Positions 1-9,107 of a stretch of DNA of 64,000 nucleotides are shown here, piece by piece. Under the pieces are notes generated by a model. It did no database searches, was not told the DNA's origin, and worked only from the letters and a program-made list of their open reading frames with translations. Made by a program: the position numbers and the translations under genes. The stretch covers positions 14,200 to 78,199 of the forward strand of contig CAZUPS010000009.1 of NCBI GenBank assembly GCA_964621915.1. The letters are read 5' to 3'. Source of the DNA: an uncultured Desulfocapsa sp. GTDB lineage: Bacteria > Desulfobacterota > Desulfobulbia > Desulfobulbales > Desulfocapsaceae. The number at the start of each line of letters is the position of its first letter. Position 1 is the stretch's first letter.

Positions 1-657
1 TTAGAAACGGTAGGCAATACCCATTCCAAAAAGCCAAGGATCAATATCTACATCCGTTGTCACCACAGTCCCAAGAGCGTGCACAGAAACATCCGTATTC
101 AGCCAGAGTTTTTTTACATCAAAATTCAAGGCCCAGTTCTCATCAAGCCCGATATCAAACCCAGCCTGAAGCGCATAACCAAATGCATTATCATAATCAA
201 TATCATTGGCATCGCCTGCATCTGCACTGAAAAATACAGTATAATTAATACCTGCACCTACGTAAGGACGAAATTTACCATCGGGAAGGAAATGATACTG
301 AGCTGTCAACGTTGGTGGCAAAAGATACACATGCCCAAGATCAAGATCTCCCACGGAAGTCTTCACTGCACTTACATCATTTTTAGCCACTGCAAGAGTG
401 AGCTCCGCTGCAAAATTCTGAGTTATAAAGTAGGTAATATCAAGATCAACAGTTACGCTATCATCAACTTCAGCCTTTCCCCCAATTACCGTAATATCAG
501 AACTACTGTCATCGGGCACAACTCCCAACAAACGCGCCCTCACCAACCAGGGACTCTTTCCTCCTTCAGCCATAGCTGTCAGTGGTAAAATAGTGCCCAT
601 AAAACAAACAGAAACAAACAAAATGAATAGGACCTTTATGCTACTAAAAATATTCAT
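1..657 (-). CDS. ompW: OmpW-family outer-membrane beta-barrel protein
   Basis: 218-aa ORF that is complete at the window edge (stop at 1-3). It has a signal peptide ending LTAMA, beta-strand periodicity, an RPYVGAGINYT core and a C-terminal aromatic end GMGIAYRF, all typical of the OmpW/AlkL family. Confidence 0.85.
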   Translation of the reverse strand: MNIFSSIKVLFILFVSVCFMGTILPLTAMAEGGKSPWLVRARLLGVVPDDSSSDITVIGGKAEVDDSVTVDLDITYFITQNFAAELTLAVAKNDVSAVKTSVGDLDLGHVYLLPPTLTAQYHFLPDGKFRPYVGAGINYTVFFSADAGDANDIDYDNAFGYALQAGFDIGLDENWALNFDVKKLWLNTDVSVHALGTVVTTDVDIDPWLFGMGIAYRF

Positions 658-953
658 TACGACTTCCCCCTGTAAAAATATTGCAAAGCACCTGGCTCAC
701 AGTACCTTTTCCCCAAAATGCCTCGGTGAAATGTGGCAACACGGATCGCCACACAAACAGCTCCATCCATGAAGCTATAAAGTATGCTAAGCTATACACA
801 CAATCTTTACAAGTAGGTGATTTTACTAGGCTTGTAGGGTGGAGCCTTACAGGCAGGGCCTAACTATTTGATAATTTGTCATTTGCACATACTGATAAAT
901 AATACAATTGGAAATGATAACTAAACCTGATAAGTCAAATTTTGGTATAATCT

Positions 954-994
954 CACAAAAAAAGAAAAGGAACTGTCCAATGCTGAACAGTTCC
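954..994 (-). terminator. Rho-independent terminator after the 1030-2250 gene
   Basis: Read on the minus strand, an 8-bp stem GGAACTGT / ACAGTTCC (969-994) with a 10-nt loop is followed by TTTTCTTTTTTTG (plus-strand A-run 954-968). It lies 35 nt past the stop codon. Confidence 0.6.
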
Positions 995-1029
995 TTCGTA
1001 TGAGTTATGCGGAAAAATCAGGCGGTGGA

Positions 1030-2250
1030 TTATTCCTGGGTAAGAGCTGTCTTAGAAAAAACGTTTACAGGGGATTGGATACTTCTATACTGTTTGACCA
1101 GCATGGTTCCAAGGATAAAGACATCCAGAGCCATAAAGACAAGGACAAGGACAAGAACCACCGGGTAGTTAAATCCATGTTTATAGACAAAAGTGGCCAG
1201 AACTGAATACGCAACCATGGGGCAGATCAGTCCCCATTGTGATTCATCGAAGTATTCCATATTGAAGAGGTATTTTTTGAAATAATCACGCATAAGAAAA
1301 AGTCCCAGAATGAGATACCAGGTCATCAGTGCAAAACCGCTACTTCCAAGAAAGGTGAACAGTGCATCGGGTAGGTGGTAGTCAAATTTATGTTGAAAAT
1401 AATATCCGTAGCGAAGTATTGAAATGGTCAACAGAGTAAGAATAGGGACAACTATGAAGAAAGAGGGCAGGAATTCAATTTTAGACGGCATACCACTGGC
1501 ATAATGTGATTTAAAGAGACTAAAGAGCTTCACACAAAGCAGGAAAATGGCCATGGTAAAAGTTGTCAAAGAAAGGAAGAACACCGCATCAGCTAAACCA
1601 CCATGTGCCAGATACGCAATCCCTGCACCGGTAACACTTGTCATAGCAAGGGAAAAGGGAATCAAGAGCCAGCCAAAATGCATGGTGTTGACATCAAAGC
1701 CCTTAGTCAGCGCTGTTGCCTGCAGGCGTACGGCTGTTGCCAGGGTCCATACCCATAGCATTGCATAGACTGCCGATGCATAGGGTATAAGGAGGTCAAG
1801 ATTGATCCGCATCCAGTCCACAAAAACATATCCAAGGACCAGAAAGACATTAAAGGCCATGGCGTAAGCAAGAGGAGGAGCGATGAGGACAGAGTTTCTC
1901 GTAGTATCGTTATACAGTGCCTTATATTTTTCCGGGTGTTTTTGACGCCATTTAAAATAGAGAACGGTACATCCCAAGAGTGCGATAATGTGGAGTACGC
2001 CAAAAAACACCATATGAGTTTTTAAGTAGGCAGTAAGGTAAGAATACAATGGCCCCATTTGAGCCGTGTATTCATTGATGTTGCCATTGTAGAGCATCCC
2101 CTTGAAAGGAGGGTTTCTAGGGAGTGTATTATTAAGAAAGGCGTACCCGGCCACACTGGTACCACCAAAGCCCAGGGCCATGATAAACCAGAGCATGGTG
2201 AAACGATCAACAAGGTTTGAGGAAATTGTTTTTGTGGGTGTATTTGTCAT
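1030..2250 (-). CDS. Integral membrane protein with about 10 TM helices, possibly a TDT/TehA/SLAC1-like transporter
   Basis: 406-aa ORF that is almost entirely hydrophobic helices with no soluble domain. The resemblance to TDT-type anion transporters is loose. It lies 54 bp downstream of the ccdA-like gene on the same strand. Confidence 0.55.
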   Translation of the reverse strand: MTNTPTKTISSNLVDRFTMLWFIMALGFGGTSVAGYAFLNNTLPRNPPFKGMLYNGNINEYTAQMGPLYSYLTAYLKTHMVFFGVLHIIALLGCTVLYFKWRQKHPEKYKALYNDTTRNSVLIAPPLAYAMAFNVFLVLGYVFVDWMRINLDLLIPYASAVYAMLWVWTLATAVRLQATALTKGFDVNTMHFGWLLIPFSLAMTSVTGAGIAYLAHGGLADAVFFLSLTTFTMAIFLLCVKLFSLFKSHYASGMPSKIEFLPSFFIVVPILTLLTISILRYGYYFQHKFDYHLPDALFTFLGSSGFALMTWYLILGLFLMRDYFKKYLFNMEYFDESQWGLICPMVAYSVLATFVYKHGFNYPVVLVLVLVFMALDVFILGTMLVKQYRSIQSPVNVFSKTALTQE

Positions 2251-2304
2251 AATGGATCAAGAGTTCTATGTGGTTGGTTTAGAGAATCTTTCTTAACAAG
2301 GTTC

Positions 2305-2967
2305 TCAAAAGGAGCTTCCAATGGCCAGCATACCTGCTGTGAGGATATAGTAGCCAAAAACAATGAGTAGCAGTCCGCTTACCAGTCGTATTGCCATGGG
2401 GTGCGCGTTGACAGCACGGATCTTGTGGCGAATGGATTGTGAAGCATATCCCACAAGCAACATGGGAATAGAAAAGCCTAAGGAATAAAAGGCCAGCAGA
2501 ATCAAACCAGAGGTGAGTTGTCCCTGGGTAGCCACAAGTGCCAGGACTCCTGAAAGCATGGGGCCTACGCAGGGAATCCAGATGATTCCAAGTGTCATCC
2601 CGAGGAGCAGGCCTGACCATTTCCCCTTACTCTGAAATTGCTGGGCTTTATAAAAAAAGGTTAATTTTTTAAAGATATTGATTCCAAACAGCATGGAGAA
2701 ACCAAAGAGAATAATCACCACACCAACCACTTTTTCAATGGTAGGCATAACCCCTGCGACAGCGCCGGCAAAGAGGGAGGTGAGTACCCCCATTGCAATA
2801 AAGCTGAAACTCAAGCCTGCTACGATGAGTAAGGGCCTGTATTTATGATCATCTTCTGTACCTGTTATGATGATGGGAACCATTGGTAAGACACAGGGAG
2901 ATGCGATGGAAGCAACGCCTGCTAAAGTCACCATAAGAAGTGTTGTTATACTGAGTTCTAAAGGCAT
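2305..2967 (-). CDS. ccdA: CcdA/DsbD-family transmembrane thiol-disulfide electron transporter
   Basis: 220-aa, 6-TM ORF with the two conserved Cys-Pro motifs of the DsbD_2/CcdA family (SPCVLPMVP in helix 1, IPCVGPML in helix 4). Confidence 0.85.
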   Translation of the reverse strand: MPLELSITTLLMVTLAGVASIASPCVLPMVPIIITGTEDDHKYRPLLIVAGLSFSFIAMGVLTSLFAGAVAGVMPTIEKVVGVVIILFGFSMLFGINIFKKLTFFYKAQQFQSKGKWSGLLLGMTLGIIWIPCVGPMLSGVLALVATQGQLTSGLILLAFYSLGFSIPMLLVGYASQSIRHKIRAVNAHPMAIRLVSGLLLIVFGYYILTAGMLAIGSSF

Positions 2968-2980
2968 AATATATTTATTG

Positions 2981-3412
2981 TTATGATTTAGGAATTAATT
3001 GAATCAGCTGACGGATATCACTGGCCTGTTTTACACCTGGAGTCATTCGTTTGATTTCTTTGCCATCGGCATCCGCAAGAAGCAATGTGGGCAGCGCTCG
3101 AATACCATACTGGTGGAAAATATCTCTATCGCCAGGGACAGTGGTCTGAACGTATTGTACGTCTACTTTTCCACGAAGTTCATTGGCCATATCGTTTAGA
3201 ATAGAAACCTGCAGTACACATGGGCCTCCATTTGGGTCCAAAAAGAAAATCATTTTATGAGCTGCCAGTTGTCGAGTAGCTGTTGGAGCTGTCTCCGAAG
3301 CACTGCTTTGCGTTTCTGTAGTGACAGGAGTAGATGATTGAGTTGGTTGCTCGTCACTTGAACAGGCGGAGAGTAAAAAGAGTAAGGCGGAAAAAATAAT
3401 ATACTTTTGCAT
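2981..3412 (-). CDS. Thioredoxin-fold lipoprotein with a non-canonical active site
   Basis: 143-aa ORF with a lipobox (LLSAC then SSDE), a Ser/Thr/Gln-rich linker and a thioredoxin-like core (IFFLDPNGGPCVLQ ... IRALPTLLL). The CxxC position reads G-G-P-C. It lies 13 bp upstream of ccdA. Confidence 0.7.
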   Translation of the reverse strand: MQKYIIFSALLFLLSACSSDEQPTQSSTPVTTETQSSASETAPTATRQLAAHKMIFFLDPNGGPCVLQVSILNDMANELRGKVDVQYVQTTVPGDRDIFHQYGIRALPTLLLADADGKEIKRMTPGVKQASDIRQLIQLIPKS

Positions 3413-3824
3413 AGTTGTCCTGGATGTTTTTTGTTAGTGCGCTAAAATAGGGCATTTATGTGCTAAATACAGACGACAATATAAGATGTAGTTCAGGTGT
3501 GTCAAGAACATAACTAAATTCTTAAATAGAATTGGTCACTTCTGGCCGTTTATGTTGGCTTTGTTTTTTTATAAAATACACAAGGAGGGATGTAGAGCAC
3601 TCCAAATGGTCCAACAAAACGACAGGGTACAAGAAATATACGACAAATACAAATAAGTTGGAGTTTGGAGATTCAACCCAAATTATATGTGAACTTTTAG
3701 ACCTGATCTGCCACCTAGCTGGAAATTCCAAACTCCAGTTATATTATAAAATGTATCCCAGAAATGGCTCACTTCATTTGAATCGTGGTCGTCGATCATC
3801 CTACAAACAACGAACAGCACAGCA

Positions 3825-5090
3825 TCAATTCAATTGCTCTTTTTTGTATGTTTCCGGAAGAGTTAGTGTAACGACAAAGCTGACGAATGATACCAGAGAG
3901 AGATACCATGCAATAGAGAGATCGCTATGGCTTGTGTGTATCAGCCATGTAGCTACCATTGGTGCAGTTCCTCCAAAAAATGCAAAACAGAGATTAAAAG
4001 AGACACTGACGCCGCTCATTCGAACCTCTTTGTCAAAAAGTTCAACCATCACCACACCGATAACGCCCATAAAGGTGCCAATCATAAAGGACAGAGAACA
4101 CTGACCAATAAACATGTGATAGGGCATATCACTCAGCATCAGTTTATAGAGGGGATAAGAAAGAACTGTTAATCCAGCCGTTGCAGCGATGAGTGGTGGT
4201 TTGCGGCCAATCCTGTTGGAGAGGCTACAGGAGAGCAACATTGCAGCGATGGTCACGAGGAGTGAGAGCGAGTTTATTTCCAGAGAATAGCTTTTTGTGG
4301 TATGGAGGAACTTTTGCATCCACAGAGGGTTGTAGATAAAAATCATATAGAACCCCACAGCAAACGGTAAGTTGAGGAAAAACACCTGTACAAATGGTTT
4401 AAGATGCTTTTGCACAACCTCTACAATTGGTGTTTGTATCTTTTTGGTATCAGAGTGAGGAACGTAGGATTCAGGTAAATACTTTCTGATGAGAACGCCC
4501 ACAAATGCAATCACTACTCCCATAAAAAATGGTATTCTCCAGGCCCATTGTACAATGGTCTCATGCTGAAAAATAGAAAAAATTGTTACCCCGAACAGAC
4601 TTCCAAGTAAGACTCCCAAGACAGTTCCAACAAATGGAACCACTGCTGAAAAAGCCCGATTTTCCTTGGTTGAAAGTTCTGTCATATAGACGATTGACCC
4701 CGTATGCTCTCCACCAACCGAGATTCCCTGTAACATTCGCATAAGAATTAAAAGGATCGGTGCAAAAACACCGATGGTCGCGAATGTAGGCGTTATGGCA
4801 ATTATTAATGATGGGGCAGCCATTAAAAACATTGAAGTGGTCAACACATTTTTCCGGCTCACCTTGTCACCAAGATAACCAAAAATGAGTGCTCCCAGGG
4901 GACGCATGAGAAAGCCAATGGCAAACGTAGCAAAGGTGGCAATCAGAGAAATAAAATGATTTTCAGATGGAAAAAAATTGGCGGCAATTATCAATGCAAA
5001 GAAACCATAGACTGTGAAATCAAACCATTCCATTACTTCACCAACCAGGCCCGCGAAATATAATTTCTTTTTGGATTGTGTGTTTTGCAT
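3825..5090 (-). CDS. MFS transporter, metabolite:H+ symporter (MHS, ProP/KgtP-like) branch
   Basis: 421-aa, 12-TM ORF. The N-terminal EWFDFTVYGFFA and the loop motif GALIFGYLGDKVSRK are characteristic of the MHS family. Confidence 0.85.
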   Translation of the reverse strand: MQNTQSKKKLYFAGLVGEVMEWFDFTVYGFFALIIAANFFPSENHFISLIATFATFAIGFLMRPLGALIFGYLGDKVSRKNVLTTSMFLMAAPSLIIAITPTFATIGVFAPILLILMRMLQGISVGGEHTGSIVYMTELSTKENRAFSAVVPFVGTVLGVLLGSLFGVTIFSIFQHETIVQWAWRIPFFMGVVIAFVGVLIRKYLPESYVPHSDTKKIQTPIVEVVQKHLKPFVQVFFLNLPFAVGFYMIFIYNPLWMQKFLHTTKSYSLEINSLSLLVTIAAMLLSCSLSNRIGRKPPLIAATAGLTVLSYPLYKLMLSDMPYHMFIGQCSLSFMIGTFMGVIGVVMVELFDKEVRMSGVSVSFNLCFAFFGGTAPMVATWLIHTSHSDLSIAWYLSLVSFVSFVVTLTLPETYKKEQLN

Positions 5091-5184
5091 AGTCTTATCT
5101 AGTTCCTGTTATGTTAAGGGGGTGTGATTACGCCATGGACTGAGAGGCATAAGACGACACAATAAAAGCAATTCTGCGTTCCGG

Positions 5185-6420
5185 CTATGTGTCTCCAGGC
5201 TGGATAGGCCCATGCCACATATACTCGATTTGGGGGTGAATTTGTAACAGTCCGGCTTCCTGTCCACACTCCAGCAGAAGAAGCAGGGCGAAAATCATAC
5301 AGAGAAGCAAAGCAATTGTTTGCTGCCACTTTTGTTTCTTTTTTCGTGCCTGGTAAAACAAGATAATGGCAGGAAGCAATCCAAAGAGCAATGCAACTGC
5401 CAGGCCACCGACAAGGTTGAGCACCTTCAAAAAGAGTTGAGGGTAAACAAGAGTAATCAGCAACGGTGGAATAAATGTCAATCCGGCAGCCAGCCATCTT
5501 CTGTTATCTTTGTTTTGTACGTTACCCAAAAGGTCGGCCAAAAAATTCCGTAATCCCTCCCCCACTGCGACATACGAAGTAAAAAGGGCAGCCAGAGAAA
5601 AGAACAGGCTGAAGAATTGAATGTCTCCGGTGGGTATACTCTGGGCAAGAGGGATCGTGGCGGGCTGGTTCTGGTGAAAGGCGTTTAGCAGTGAACCTTC
5701 ACCATCAAGGGGGAGTACACCAACCACAACAAGAATCCAAAGCCCGTTGACCAGAAGAGAAAGCAGCGTACCAAAAATAAGTGCTCGTCGTATTTGCACA
5801 CGATCATTATGCAGACTTGTGCAGACGGAAGGAATGATACTCTGATAGGCAAAAGAGCAGAGAATAATTGGGAGAGCCGAGGGCAGAAATTTCCAGTCCT
5901 GGTAAACAAGATTTTTGTTTTCTATATGTTTTCCTACCAGTAGCAGCATGACCACAAAGGAACCAAGCAGCAGGATCATAAAACCCATATTGGCACGATG
6001 AATAAACCCCAGCCCAACCAGAACACTCCCGGTACTAATCAGAAAAAAGAGGAGTAACAACAGCCACTCTAACTTTGGTAAATGCAGAAGGGAAGCAAGA
6101 ACCGCCCCGCTTCCGCTGAGGTAGGCTACCAGTACCCCATAAAACAACAGCAGGAAGCCTGGTGTTACCAGCCAGCGACTCCATCTGCCTAACCCTTGTT
6201 CAAAGACGGTGAAGAGCCCCGCAGACGGTTGATCCATGTCCACAAAGAACTCGGCCAGAATAAGCCCACTGCCGAGCATAAGGGCCCAGATAAAAACGAG
6301 TCCCGACAGGGCTGGTATAAGTCCTGCCAGTCCGGTCTGGATTGGGAGTGCCAGCAGACCCGCCCCCAGACTTGCGCCTGATACCCAGAGGGATACCGAC
6401 CACACTGAATCGGATTTCAT
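5185..6420 (-). CDS. HAAAP-family amino-acid permease (TyrP/Mtr/TnaB-like)
   Basis: 411-aa, about 11-TM ORF with the N-terminal GASLGAGLLALP motif of the Trp_Tyr_perm family. Its ATG overlaps the stop of the upstream aminotransferase (ATGA). Confidence 0.8.
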   Translation of the reverse strand: MKSDSVWSVSLWVSGASLGAGLLALPIQTGLAGLIPALSGLVFIWALMLGSGLILAEFFVDMDQPSAGLFTVFEQGLGRWSRWLVTPGFLLLFYGVLVAYLSGSGAVLASLLHLPKLEWLLLLLFFLISTGSVLVGLGFIHRANMGFMILLLGSFVVMLLLVGKHIENKNLVYQDWKFLPSALPIILCSFAYQSIIPSVCTSLHNDRVQIRRALIFGTLLSLLVNGLWILVVVGVLPLDGEGSLLNAFHQNQPATIPLAQSIPTGDIQFFSLFFSLAALFTSYVAVGEGLRNFLADLLGNVQNKDNRRWLAAGLTFIPPLLITLVYPQLFLKVLNLVGGLAVALLFGLLPAIILFYQARKKKQKWQQTIALLLCMIFALLLLLECGQEAGLLQIHPQIEYMWHGPIQPGDT

Positions 6421-7670
6421 ATGTTACCGTGTTTTTCCATAAATCTTGAGAAACGGCAAAGGGCATCTTCCAGTACATCCTCGGTTGGCAGTATGGCAAG
6501 ACGCAGGGAGGTGCTGTCCGGGAGAGTCTCTTTATCAAAGAATGCACTCATCTGGCTTGTGCATATTTTTTCTTCTGCAAGAAGGGCAATGCCAAGTTCC
6601 CGGTCATTGGTGAATTCTGTTGCCATTTCTACGACCATATAAAATGCACCTTCTGGTTTTACCACACGAATACCCGGAATTTGGACAAGCCCGTTCAGCA
6701 TCAGATCTCTTCTTTTTTTCAACTTTGCTCTATTTTCTCTAAAATAGTTCTCCACTCCTGGGTCAAGAAGTGCTTCCAGGTATCCCTCCTGAAATATCGA
6801 ATTCATGCAAAGGGGAAGAATGCATTCATTGTAAAGGACTTCTCTCAGAGCATCTCTTTCCACACCTCCAAGAATGGCATATCCAACACGTAATCCTGGT
6901 ACATTAAAAGATTTCGAAGATCCGTTAAATATGATCCATGTAATCTCTTTGTTGTGCAGCAATTTTTTCACATCCACCGGTTTTTCGTCAAAATAGTGTT
7001 CACTATAGATTGCATCAAAAACCAAACACAGTGGTGGGGTAGCCTGCAGGCGGCGTTTCTGATTTATCTGCTCTGCAAGATCAATAATAGCCACCATAGT
7101 CTCTTCACTGTACACAGCTCCGGTGGGATTATTAGGAGAATTGATGAGAATCATGGATGTTGAATCATCAATCTTTGATTCAATGGAAGCAATATCAGGC
7201 TGCCAGGTATGCGGGTCGCAGCGATATAACCTGCTTTCAATGCTGTTTTTTTTATTGAGGTCAAGATAGGGAGGAAATACCGGTGCAGGAAAAAGAATAT
7301 TTGTTCCTTTCACGGCCGTAACATTCATGATTTTATCCATGATGTCAGAGACACCATTACCGACAAAGACATAGGACGGATCAACACCTTCAAGTTCAGC
7401 AATTTTTTCCAAAAGAGGTGGATAGCCCTGCGGATTTCCATATGCATAAGACTGGGGTTTTTCCAGCGCTTTTACAATCCCTTCCTTAAATGACGGGATT
7501 GGCGGAAAATCAAATTGGGCTGGATCTCCCAGTTGAAGAGGTAAAAATGGTGTACCCTCTTTTTTCATCTTCATTGACAGAAGGAATATTTCTCCTAAAA
7601 GACCTAATGTCTTACACGTCTTGATCTCATTTCGTGCGATACTTTTAGTGATCATTTGCCTACATTGCAA
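6417..7670 (-). CDS. Class I/II PLP-dependent aminotransferase
   Basis: 417-aa ORF with NSPNNPTGAVY, FDAIYSE and the PLP-lysine context NGSSKSFNVPGLRVGY. The real start may be an internal Met (for example 7655). Confidence 0.85.
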   Translation of the reverse strand: MQCRQMITKSIARNEIKTCKTLGLLGEIFLLSMKMKKEGTPFLPLQLGDPAQFDFPPIPSFKEGIVKALEKPQSYAYGNPQGYPPLLEKIAELEGVDPSYVFVGNGVSDIMDKIMNVTAVKGTNILFPAPVFPPYLDLNKKNSIESRLYRCDPHTWQPDIASIESKIDDSTSMILINSPNNPTGAVYSEETMVAIIDLAEQINQKRRLQATPPLCLVFDAIYSEHYFDEKPVDVKKLLHNKEITWIIFNGSSKSFNVPGLRVGYAILGGVERDALREVLYNECILPLCMNSIFQEGYLEALLDPGVENYFRENRAKLKKRRDLMLNGLVQIPGIRVVKPEGAFYMVVEMATEFTNDRELGIALLAEEKICTSQMSAFFDKETLPDSTSLRLAILPTEDVLEDALCRFSRFMEKHGNI

Positions 7671-7937
7671 ATCTCGAAGGATTTGTCTTTAGAGTTATTA
7701 AAGGATACGTTGCAAAGTACTATTCTATAAAAAACATATCACTTTGAAAAATAATTTAATACTCTTTTGAAGGGACCAAAGGGATGTTGTTTGCTTCATG
7801 CCGAGATGATACAATCAACCTTGCTGTGCCTTCAGATTATCAGTGATATCATGAAGGTTTTTCCTACTGGATACTTTTCCTGACTCAAAGAGCTTCCGAG
7901 CCTCTTTTTATTAACCAACCATGAGATAGCGCTGATT

Positions 7938-8882
7938 ATGTTTATCAAAACAGTAAGTTCCGTCATTGTTCTTGTCGCAATTATTCTGATTGCGGTCTTT
8001 TTAAAACATCTGAAGCTCATCAAAGGGGAACATGCACCAGTTTTTTCCAAACTGGTCACCACTGTTACCTTGCCGGCCCTTATTTTTCATTCCCTTGCCC
8101 ATGCGACCCTGTATTGGGAATATGCCATTCTCGCTCTTGTCATGCTGGCTGCTGAAGTTCTTTCTCTGATACTGGCCTGGTGCATCGGCAAAAGATTACG
8201 ATTGGCGCCCCCCCAACTTGGCTCTTTCATCCTTGTTTCGGGGTTTGGCAGTTCCGCCCTGTTAGGCTATGCCCTGATCGGTCAGGTCTTTCCCGGTAAC
8301 ATTGCAGCCATGACCGAAGCCGTGTTGATCACGGAAGTCGGGGTGGGACCAGCTCTGTTTACCATTGGAACCATGATCGCCATGTACTATGGCAGTTCAG
8401 AAGTCGACGGCAAGGGACGTATAATGGCCGCTCTGGCATTTTTCAAATCACCCATCTGTGCGGCTGTTGCCGTAGGTATTGTGTGGTCTGTCCTTGGGTT
8501 ACCAGTCAAGGGTGTTATTCTCAGCCCACTTTTCCAATCACTCCATATCCTGGCCTCAGCAAATACCCTGATGGTTGCCCTGACAGTGGGGGTTGTCCTT
8601 CAGTTTACTGAAATGCGGGCCGTACTGGTCATGGCATTTTTTGCCTGTATTATTAAGCTTCTCTTAAAACCAGTATTGGTCTGGCTTCCAACTCTTACCA
8701 TGGGGCTTCAAGACTGGCAGGTGCAGATTCTGGTCCTTGAGGCAGCCATGCCCTCGGCACTACTCACGGTCGTCCTTGCCAACACCTATGGTTGTGACGC
8801 CAAACTGGCATCTAAACTGGTGTTTGCAACAACCGTAGTCAGTATCGCGACCATTGTAGTAATGACCAACGTGTTGACATAA
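7938..8882 (+). CDS. AEC-family (auxin efflux carrier-like) membrane transporter
   Basis: 314-aa, about 10-TM ORF. The N-terminal region FLKHLKLIKGEHAPVFSKLVTTVTLPALIF and the two-lobed hydrophobic layout match the Mem_trans/AEC family. Confidence 0.8.
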   Translation: MFIKTVSSVIVLVAIILIAVFLKHLKLIKGEHAPVFSKLVTTVTLPALIFHSLAHATLYWEYAILALVMLAAEVLSLILAWCIGKRLRLAPPQLGSFILVSGFGSSALLGYALIGQVFPGNIAAMTEAVLITEVGVGPALFTIGTMIAMYYGSSEVDGKGRIMAALAFFKSPICAAVAVGIVWSVLGLPVKGVILSPLFQSLHILASANTLMVALTVGVVLQFTEMRAVLVMAFFACIIKLLLKPVLVWLPTLTMGLQDWQVQILVLEAAMPSALLTVVLANTYGCDAKLASKLVFATTVVSIATIVVMTNVLT

Positions 8883-9107
8883 TAAACTACCCCGACCGCA
8901 AGTAGGTGAAGTGTCAGAAATGTTTTATACCGCAAGGGACAGACTGTTAATAGGATTAGGCGTAGTTCTATTGGTGTTTGTAACTTTTATCGATGGAAGG
9001 GCCACAACAATAGATTTCGAAAATTTCAATACGGGAGACATTGTCTCTGGTGCTGGAGTTTTTGCAGACCTTGAAATGTCAAGGGATGGAACTACCATAT
9101 CACGTCA

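Noticed and set aside
3532-4104. A 190-aa plus-strand ORF spanning the intergenic region and the 3-prime end of the MFS gene
   Set aside because: It overlaps the well-supported MFS transporter in antisense, and its translation has no family resemblance or hydrophobic/structural pattern.
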